This document shows, one piece after another, positions 54,480-64,000 of a DNA stretch of 64,000 nt (the stretch's first letter is position 1; every line of letters starts with the position of its first letter). The position numbers and the translations under genes are program-made. The stretch spans positions 1,924,001 through 1,988,000 of the forward strand of contig CM075999.1 of NCBI GenBank assembly GCA_038087875.1. The letters run 5' to 3'. Source of the DNA: Malacoraja senta. Its lineage: Eukaryota. The notes beneath the pieces are model-generated. The model searched no databases, was not told where the DNA came from, and saw only the letters and a list, made by a program, of their open reading frames with translations.

Positions 54480-54920
54480 CACCTCCACAGGCCCCTCCTC
54501 CTCCCCGCCCCCTCAGCGAACACCGCCTCCTCCACAGGCCACGCCCCCTCCCCGGACCCGCCATCAACGGACACCGCCTCCCCCACAGGCCCCGCCTCCT
54601 CTACAGGCCCCGCCCCCTCAGCGAACACCGCCTCCTCCACCGGCCACGCCCTCTCTCTGGCCCCGCCTCCTCCACGGGCCACGCCTCCTCCCCGGCCCCG
54701 CCCCCTCAATGGTACCCGCCTCCTCCACCGGTCCCGCCTCCTCTACAGGCCCCGCCCCCTCAGCGGACCACGCTTCCTCCACAGGCCCCGCCCCTCCACA
54801 GGCCCCGCCCCTCCACAGGCCCCGCCCCTCCACAGGCCCCGCCCCTCCACAGCCCCGCCCCTCCACAGGCCCCGCCGCTCCACAGGCCCCGCCCCTCCAC
54901 AGGCCCCGCCTCCTCCACCT
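54480..54920. repeat. GC-box minisatellite upstream of atp5if1 (unit about CCACAGGCCCCGCCCCT, 17 bp)
   Basis: Directly visible imperfect tandem array; purest at 54775..54915. Confidence 0.9.
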
Positions 54921-56291
54921 CCACCTGTCTAAAGATCCCACAGCAAGCCCCGCTATAGGATCTCAATCTCAATAGCAATATCAGTTTTATTCGTCACATT
55001 GCACATAAAGTGCAAGTGAAATGAATTTGCCAGCAGCGGTACAATGAAAAAAGAACACACAAAAACACAATAAACATTTAACACAAACATCCACCACAGC
55101 ATTCATCACTGTGGTGGATGGCACAAAATTTGGCCAGTCCTCCTCCATTTTCCCCCGTGGTCGGGACCTCAACCCCCCGCAGCCGCCGCTGCGGGCGTCC
55201 AGGTGTGCAGACAGGTAAAAGTCCAGGTAAGTCCAGAATCCAGAATCGGCGCTTCCACTCCGGAGACCGCGGCTTCAAGTTGGTTTAGGCCACAGGCTGG
55301 CGGTCGAAGATTTAAAATTCCCTTCTCTTTGCACCTGTCCAGAGTCAAACATGCAGGAAAGAACTGCAGATGCTGGTTTCAATCGAAGGTGGACACAAAA
55401 TTGTCATCTGTCCCAGATAGAAACATAGAAAAATAGGTGCAGGAAAAATAGGTGCAGAAGGCCTTCGAGCCAGCACTGCCATTCAATATGATCATATCTG
55501 AAGAAGGGTTTCAGCCAGAAACGTTGCCTATTTCCTTCGCTCCATAGATGCTGCTGCACCCACTGAGTTTCTCCAGCACTTTTGTCTACCTTCAATATGA
55601 TCATGGCTGGTCATCCACAATCAGTTCCCCGTTCCTGCTTTCTCGCCTACATATAGATAGAACAATGAAATTCTTACTTGCAGCAGCACAACACAATATG
55701 GAAACGTAGTGTGTGTACAAAGAAACTGCAGACAAAATGTGTAGGAATGAACTGCAGATGCTGGTTTACACATTAGATAGACACGAAACGCTGGAGTAAC
55801 TCATCGGGACAGGCAGCATCTGTGGAGAGACGAAATGGGGTGATGTTTCGGGCGAGACCCTTCTTCATTGCTACTTTTTTGTCTGTAGAAGGGTCTTGAC
55901 CTGAAACGTCACCCATTCCTTCTCTCCAGAGATGTTGACTGACCCGCTGAGTAACTCCAGCTTTTTGTGTCTATCTTAGGTGAAAGATCAGTATTTTCCA
56001 GCATCTCAAGTCAAGTCACATTTATTTATATAGCGCATTTAAAAAACAACTCTCGTTGGCCAAAGTGCTTTATATTTGTTATAAGAATAATATAAACAAA
56101 CAAACTACATACATATATACATGTAGCCCTTGCTCAGAGGACGTCAAGAAAGGCTTGGGAGTATAGATAAGTTTTTAGTCTTGACTTAAAGGAGTCGATG
56201 GAGGGGGAAGTTCTGATGGGAAGGGGGATGCTTTTCCACAGTCTAGGAGCTGCAACCGCCCCTGAGCTTATGCCTAGACCGCGGGATATTC

Positions 56292-57276
56292 ATAGAAACA
56301 TAGAAACATAGAAAATAGGTGCAGGAGTAGGTCATTCGGCCCTTCGAGCCTGCACCACCATTCGATATGATCATGGCTGATCATCCAACTCAGTATCCTG
56401 TACCTGCTTTCTCTCCATACCCCCTGATCCCTTTAGCCACAAGGGCCACATCTAACACCCTCTTAAATATAGCCAATGAACTGGCCTCAACTACCTTTTG
56501 TGGCAGAGAATTCCAGAGATTCACCACTCTCTGTGTGAAAAATGTTTTCCTCATCTCGGTCCTAAAAGATTTCCCCTTATCCTTAAACTTTGACCCCTTG
56601 TCCTGGACTTCCCCAACATCGGGAACAATCTTCCTGCATCTAGCCTGTCCAACCCCTTAAGAATTTTGTAAGTTTCTATAAGATCCCCCCTCAATCTTCT
56701 AAATTCTAGCGAGTACAAACCGAGTCTATCCAGTCTTTCTTCATATGAAAGTCCTGACATCCCAGGAATCAGTCTGGTGAACCTTCTCTGTACTCCCTCA
56801 AGAGGAAAGAGGAATGTCTTTCCTCAGATTAGGAGACCAAAACTGTACGCAATACTCCAGGTGTGGACTCACCAAGACCCTGTACAACTGCAGTAGAAAA
56901 AAGGAACCTTTTTTCCTTTCTTCTTCCCACCCCCTATCAGTCTGAAGAAGGGTTTCGGCCCGAAACGTTACCTATTTCCTTCGCTCCATAGATGCTGCTG
57001 CACCCGCTGAGTTTCTCCAGCATTTTTGTGTACCTGCAGTAGAACCTCTCTGCTCCTATACTCAAATCCTTTTGCTATGAATGCTAACATACCATTCGCC
57101 TTCTTCACTGCCTGCTGCACCTGCATGCCTACTTTTAATGACTGGTGTACCATGACACCCAGGTCTCGTTGCATCTCCCCTTTTCCTAATCGGCCACCAT
57201 TCAGATAATAGTCTACTTTCCTGTTTTTGCCACCAAAGTGGATAACCTCACATTTATCCACATTATACTGCATCAC
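56292..57276 (-). mobile_element. CR1 3' fragment nested in an L2 fragment and itself interrupted at 56899..57033
   Basis: [17 protein letters not shown]..., [15 protein letters not shown]; flanking L2 halves at about 56007..56290 and 57277..57375. Confidence 0.88.
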
Positions 57277-58059
57277 CCATTCAGCAATCCCAAGTCGGCC
57301 GATCTGAGGGACCTGGAGGTGGAGTGGAGTGGTGGGTGAGAAGACTTTTAATGTAGGTGGGGGCAAGCCCATTGAGGCATCTGCTGTTCCTTCTTAAACA
57401 GTATGTGTAGCAATACCAGTCTTCCTCTCCCCTGACTCCCAGTTTGAATAAGAGTCTGGACCCAAAAAGTCACCCATTCATTTTCTCCAGATATGCTACC
57501 TCAAAAAGGCAGCCAGCATCATCAGAGACCCACACCATCCTGGCCACACAATCATCTCACCACTTCCATCGGGAAGAAGGTACAGAAGCCTGAAAACTGT
57601 AACGTCCAGGTTCAGGAACAGCTTCTTCCCTACAGCCATCAGGCTATTAAACTCTGCAACCTTGAATAACCTTGAATAAACTTGAATTGTTTAACCTCAT
57701 AAGCTATGAGCTACAATAAACTATTATTATTATTATTATTATTATTATTGTTTGGGTTTTTTCTGAGTTTTTATGATACTATTTATTATGATTACATTTT
57801 GTTATATTATTTATTACGATCACATATCCTGTTGTGCTGCAGCAAGTAAGAATGTCATTGTTCTATCTGGGACATATGCTGTCCCTGATTTATGTCCCTG
57901 ATTTATGTATTGGTCTTTATAACCTATTTTTTTTTAAATTCTGATTATATGTTTTCTATAAATCTCTGTATGGTGTCCTTGAGACCTCGGTATAAGGCGC
58001 CCGTAAATAAAATCCATTATTATTATTATTATATGACAATAGAACACTTGACTCTTGAG

Positions 58060-58320
58060 AGCTGGCAGCGACAGTGTGGGCCGAAGGGCCTGAGCCACGC
58101 CCCCCGCATCACTACGTCAGACGCCGCGGGGTCAGGGGTCGGCTGGTGGGTCACGTGGTGCAGGGAGGCAAGATGGCGGCGCAAAGCGGCGCGGCGACGG
58201 GCGGCTCCTCGCCCGGCACGGACCGCATCGGCGAGGAGGCCTTCAAGGTCTTCCTCACCGAGGTAAATGCAGCGCCCGGCGGGGACGGGACGGCAGCGTG
58301 CGTGCGGGCGGGCGGCTGAA
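58060..58320 (+). promoter_or_regulatory. CpG island/promoter of dnajc8
   Basis: CpG-rich; TACGTCA half-CRE, TCACGTG E-box near 58151, YY1-type CAAGATGGCGGC over the ATG. Confidence 0.7.
58173..58262 (+). CDS. dnajc8: DnaJ homolog subfamily C member 8, exon 1 (gene continues beyond the window)
   Basis: CAAGATGGCGGCG start, MAAQSGAATGGSSPGTDRIGEEAFKVFLTE|gtaaat resembling human ...EEAFMTFYSE|; CpG island; head-to-head with atp5if1 as in mammals. Confidence 0.8.
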
Positions 58321-58565
58321 CTGAACTGAGCTGGGCTTTTGCTGGGCGCGGGTTTGGTCGGGTCGGGTCGGGTCGGGCTGGGACTGGGCCCGGTGGGGCT
58401 GGGTTGGGTTCGGCTAGGCCAGGCCAGGCCAGGCCGGGTTGGGGTCGGGCTGGGGCTTGGCTTGGTTAGGTTTGGTTTAGCCGGGCCGGGCTGAGTTGGG
58501 GCGGGGTTGGGCTAGGCTCGGGTAGGCCGTGCCTGGGTTGGGTTGGGTTGGGTTTGGCCGGGTCC
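58316..58565. repeat. Degenerate (GGGTT/GGGCT/GGGTC)n pentamer repeat in dnajc8 intron 1
   Basis: Visible 5-nt periodicity. Confidence 0.85.
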
Positions 58566-60562
58566 TGCGGTAGGAAGACGCGTGGGAGCGCTCGGCCTGT
58601 ACCTGCTGTACCTGGTCCCCGTGGGCACCCTCCCCTCCCCCCTAGGTAGGTAGGAAGGAGCTACCTGCACCCCGCCGCCGATCCTTCATTAGTCAGTGTG
58701 TGTCTGTCCCACCAGACATTGAAACCCCCCACCCCACCCCACCCCACATAGTGGACCCCGACTTGTGATTGGTTGGGTAGGTGCAGCCCCCCCCCCCCCC
58801 CCTCCCCGATCCGTGTTTGGTCAGTTAAGAGCAGCAACATCCCACCCCACACACACACACTCCCACGTCCCACCACGCCATCTGATGACTTGGCCAGTAA
58901 ATGGGATCCAAATTCCAGCATCTTAAGTCTGAAGAAGGGTCCCGACCCGAAATGTCACACCTTTTTTCTGCCTGACTGTCATGCTGAGTTACCCCAGCAC
59001 AGTGTGTCTATCTTTGGCCTGATTCAATGCTGTATAACTCAATGACTCCTCTGGATCTCTGTCCAGATACACCTGGAGAGAAAATAAATGGTGGATAAAT
59101 GTATTTTAGGTTTTGTTTTTGTGTGCAGTTCTGATGAAATATTATAGAAGGGAAAAGTGACTTTGGGAGATATGTAAAGTCTCAAATGACCTCTAGGGTA
59201 GATGTAAAATAGTCAATGGAATGATATTGATACTCTGGAAAACGTTATTTTACAAAAAAACATTCATAGACAAAGTTCTAGAGTAACTCAGCGGGTCAGG
59301 CAGCATCTCTGGAGAACATGAATATGTGACATTTCCAGTTGGACCTTTCTTCAGACTGACTTGAAACATCACCTATCCATATTCTCCAGAGATGCTGCCT
59401 GACCTGCTGAGTTACTCCAGCACTTTCTGTCTCTTTTTGGAAACTAACATCTGCAGTTCATTGTCTTCAAAAAAACATCCATACATGAGCACAATGAAAA
59501 CCATATATGGGGACAACAGAGTGCAGAATATAGTGTTCCAGCTACAGAGAAAGTGCAGTAAGAAAAAGCTCCAGGTCTGCAACAAGGTAAATTGGAGGGG
59601 AGGGAGAGAGGGAGGCGGGGGAATTGTGATGACATACCTTATGTATGTTATCATTAGAGGTCCGTTCAACAGTCTGATAACGGCAGGAAAAATGCCCTAC
59701 AACTGGTGGTATGTGCTTTTGTAATTTCTGCTAAGCGTGAGAGGGGAGAAAAGGGAATGGCCTTAATGTGAGTGATCCTTAATTATGCTGGCTACTTTCC
59801 CGAGGTGATGTGAAATGTTGATGATGGGGGTAGACTGGTTTGTATTAGGTCGTCAGCCCCATCCACAACTCTGCAATTTCTTGCAATCTTGGACAAAGCA
59901 GCTGCTAAACCAAGCTGTGATGCATCCTGATTATGTATAAGAAAGAAATGCAGATGCTGGTAAAATCGAAGGTAGACACAAAATGCTGGAGTAACTCAGC
60001 GGGTGAGGCAGCATCTCTGGAGAGAAGGAATAGATGATGTTTCGGGTCGAAACGACTGAAGAAGGGTCTTGACCAGAAACGTCGCCCATTCCTCTCCATA
60101 GATGCTGCCTCACCTGCTGAGTTACTCCAGCATTTTGGGTCTATCCTCATGCATCCTGATTAGGTTTCTGTGGTGCATCTGTAGAAATTGCTAAGAGCAA
60201 TTGGAGATGTGACGAATTTTCTTTGTTTTCTGAGGAATGAGAGACATTGTTATGCTTTCTTGGCCACAGCATCAACGGGGATGGACCAGGACTAAATGTA
60301 GGTGATCCCTACACCTGGGCTTCTGAAGCCCTCGACCATCTCCACATTGTATCCAGAGGGCGGTGGAGGGCCAGTTCTCTGGATACTTTCAAGAGAGAGC
60401 TAGATAGGGCTGTTAAAGATGGCGGAGTCAGGGGATATGGGGAGAAGGCAGGAACGGGGTACTGATTGGGGATGATCAGCCATGATCACATTGAATGGCG
60501 GCGCTGGCTCGAAGGGCCGAATGGCCTACACCTGCACCTATTGTCTATTGAATACAGTGCAG

Positions 60563-60800
60563 GTAGGAACTGCAGATACTGGTTTAAACTGAAGATAGAC
60601 ACAAAAAGCTGGAGTAACTCAGCAGGACAGGCAGCATCTCTGGAGGGAAGGAATAGGTGACGTGTCGGGTCGAGACCCTTCTGAAGAAGAAGGTCGAGAC
60701 CCTTCTTCTGAAGAAGGGTCTCGACCCGAAACGTCACCTGTTCCTTCTCTCCAGAGATGCTGCCTACCCAGCTGAGTTACTCCAGTTTTTTGTGTCGATC
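60563..60800. mobile_element. Palindromic Penelope-derived MITE-like repeat (representative copy)
   Basis: Arms ACACAAAAAGCTGGAGTAACTCAGC / GCTGAGTTACTCCAG; other copies at about 1..110, 28437..28730, 38477..39130, 41657..41865, 42066..42230, 49558..49908, 55741..55975, 59268..59460, 59941..60143. Confidence 0.85.
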
Positions 60801-63800
60801 TTCCACATTGATACTGTCTGGGGCATGTACTTCATCCTGCTTCCTGAAGTCGATGACAAGCTCCTTTGTTTTGCTGACATTGAGGGACAGGTGACATTAT
60901 CCTAACACTGTGTTACTAAACACTCTCCTGCACTCCATCTCACCTTTCTTCAAAATCTGGCCTACTCCAGTGGTGTCCTATGCAAACCTCATGTCAGGTT
61001 TATTGCCGTATGCACAAGTACACTGAGGTACAGATATAATCAAAATCTTGCAGCAGCATCGTAGACTCGGACTCAGCTTTAAAAAAACATAAATTAAACA
61101 TAAATCACATAAAATTCTGCTAGTGGTAAAAAATAACTGCAAATATGACATTGGTGGAAAAGACAATTAGAACAAGAACAAGTCCACATTAGAGCACAGT
61201 GTGGTTCAAATTGTTCCTGTGTCAAGGTTAGGATTAGGGTTGTTTGGTTTTGTTCAAGTTCACGATAGTTGAAGGATAGTCGTTGCCCCGAACCTGTTGG
61301 TGTGGAACTTGTAAGCAGAATTAGGCCACAATTCGTGAGTGTACAGGGGCGTGTAGTAGGGGACTGAGATGAAGTCAATGAACAGTACGCTGCCACAGGT
61401 ACCCTTGCCTTCCATGGATGCGTGTAGGGCCAGGGAGATGCCACCTGCTGTGGACTTGTTGCAGCAGTGTATAGAGTTGTGTTGGGGAGTCATCCCTCAT
61501 GGTCTGACTAATATTTGTTCCACTATCAATATCACCAGAGCAGGTTATTTAGCTTTGAATAACGTTGCTTTTTATGAGGGTTTGCTACGTGGGATAAGGT
61601 TCACTTCCTACGTTTCAGCAATGATTATAGAAGCAAACGAAATGTTGGAAACACTCAGTGAGTGAGGCAGCATCAGCGAAATAGTAATTTAACATTTTGG
61701 GTCAAAGACTCTACATCAGGACCCATTAGCATTGATTATTGCATTCCTCTTTGGCCAAGAATTTCACTTGGATATCTTAAAGTTGTGGAGTATGTTGTAT
61801 GAGTGTAACGCAGTCATCCTATTTCAGATTTACATTGATGCAACAATAGCTTATATATCAGTAACTGCAACCCATACTTAAGTGTAGCAGTGTAAAAGTC
61901 CATTAAAAGCCATTACTGACATTGTGTGGGAGACATGGTTGATGAGATATGGGGAAGGCATCAGATCTTGTTCATGTATCCAGGGGGATAATTATTAAAG
62001 CAAAGTACAGGCTTGTTAAATGGCGTAACATGAAACCGATGCAGCAAAGGATTTATTGAAGACTTCAGCTGGCTGCGCAGTATGGTGATGGATAATATTG
62101 AATGCTTACCTTAAAACAAAATATTACGCTGTTTAATGCATTTCCCATTGAATTAAATTTATTTATCAAGTTGATTTAGAAAAGGGCCTTTGACAGCATT
62201 GCTGAGAGATTGTGTCATTTGGATTTGAATCCATATTCTTGGCCTCAAAAGTGGCCAAGCATTTTGTTTTTGCCAAATGAAATCAAGTAATGTATCATGA
62301 TCTCAACTCGTGGACGACTCCAGAGGTTATCCGAGAGCTCCACCTGTCAATAAATATCTGCTCTGGTCTCAGCAGACTGGATTGCTATTTGTGCAGGCTA
62401 GTTTAGTTTAGAGATACAGTGTGCAAACAGGCCTTTCGGCCCACCGTGTCCACGCCGATCATCGGTTACCTGTTCACACTGGTTCTATGCTATCCCACTT
62501 TTGCATCCAAAAAACAGTACCACTAGACATTGTTGATGATCTATGCAGTAAATTAGATAATCTGACATGTGCAAGGTATAATAGATTGTATCGGATTAAT
62601 GTGAATCGACTATAATTGATATGTGATCCATCAGTAGTTCATTGTTGGAGACACAAGAGACTGCTGTTGCTGGAATCAAAAGCAGCAAAAGATGAACTGG
62701 AGGAATTCAGTGGATTGAGCTGCATCTGTTTGGTGGGGGGAGAGAATTGTCAACATTTTGGGTTGAGACTCTACATCAGGACTGAGAATGGAAAGGAAAG
62801 ATAGTCAGCATATAGAAGTAAGAATGTCATTGTCCTCTCTGGGACATATGACAATAAAACACTCTTGACTCTTGAGAGGGCGAGGGGTGAGACTACTTTA
62901 AACTTTAGAGGTGCAGCACAGACACAGGCCCTTCGTCCCACTGAGTCCGCACCGACCAGCAATCACTGGCACTATCCTACACCCCAGGGACAGTTTTACA
63001 ACTTTACCGGAGACAGTTAACTTTAGAACCTGCACGTCTTTGGAGTGTGGGAGGAAACCGGAGCACGCAGTCACAGGGAGAACGTACAAACTCCGTAGAG
63101 ACAGCACCCGTAGTCAGGATTGACCCCAGGTATCTGGCACTATAAGAGAACGACTCTATTACTGCGCCACTGAGCCGCCCACTGTGGCCAGTAGGTGATG
63201 GGAGGGGTGAAAGGTGACAGGAGGCTGGTGCCAGGTAGGGGGGCAGGGCTGGAACTGGGAGATGGGCAGCTGGGTGATAGGTGGAAGCAAGCAGACAAAG
63301 AAAGGGGGAAAAAAAAGGTAGATGGAGCCAGTTGGGGTGAAAGTGGAGACAGAAGTTGGAGGGTGATAAATGGTGACACATAGGCTGTTATTGTTGGAAT
63401 CTGATTATTTAGTAAGACTCTCATGGGAACCATTAGGGGAAAGGCGAATTGAATCAAGTGATAGGGAAATGTGTGGTTCATAGGTGAGTGGATTTATTGT
63501 TGATTGTTCCTGGCTATCTACAGAGGCTAGCCTGTATTTTTCCAACCACTTGGTGCATTCAGGGCTTTGGGGGTCAGGGTCTGTTGGAGACGCCCCTCAA
63601 ACAAGAGAAGGGGTATCAACCGGGGGGGGGGGGGGGGGGGCACATGAGTGGTTGGTATAAGGATAGATTGTGAACACGACCAAATTTAATGCTAATGAAT
63701 ATATAAACACTGAGGATGGTATTCTCAGTTTTTGCACGTTTCTTGTTTTGTTTATATATTTAAATTATTCTGAATAATGTTTATTTTGGGGAAGAAAATC

Positions 63801-64000
63801 AAGGTTTAATATAAGTTTAGTCAGATACTTCAGCACATGGTGTTCAGATTTGCCAACTTGGGAAAAAGGGTGAATTTCAGTTACCCGATTAGCTGTAATG
63901 TGAAGGTTGTCTATAATTGGAAGTCTTAGAATAATAACTAGTTTTCCGATTAATGAGAAAGGAAACAATTTTTTTTTAAACCTTGTGGTTCTTGGTGTCC

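Noticed and set aside
54334..54978. Pro-rich ORFs of about 200 aa in several frames
   Set aside because: Stop-free by-product of the GC minisatellite.

Overview
Vertebrate genomic DNA, inferred to be a cartilaginous fish (skate/ray-like) from its repeat content: V-SINE/HE1-type SINEs, CR1, Rex1 and L2 LINEs, and Penelope-derived palindromes. I reconstructed four protein-coding loci by hand from GT-AG junctions. (1) hnrnpr, minus strand: complete 10-exon CDS 10372..24007, 633 aa, CpG-island promoter near 27.9 kb. (2) rpl13a, minus strand: exons 2-8 at 32741..35808 with intronic C/D snoRNAs; exon 4 is 2 nt short, and exon 1 is not visible (probably in the 200-N gap). (3) atp5if1/ATPIF1, minus strand, 3 exons. 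(4) The first exon of dnajc8, plus strand, divergent from atp5if1. The rest is dense, nested transposable-element sequence. Main hunt results: an exon about 10 kb downstream of the hnRNP R stop encoding a tail homologous to the hnRNP Q1 C-terminus in two reading frames; a candidate poison exon and a uORF-bearing 5' UTR exon in hnrnpr; a rearranged rpl13a snoRNA set; and many minimal hammerhead-ribozyme motifs in Penelope-derived repeats. Comparisons with human or bovine sequences are from memory and need confirmation.
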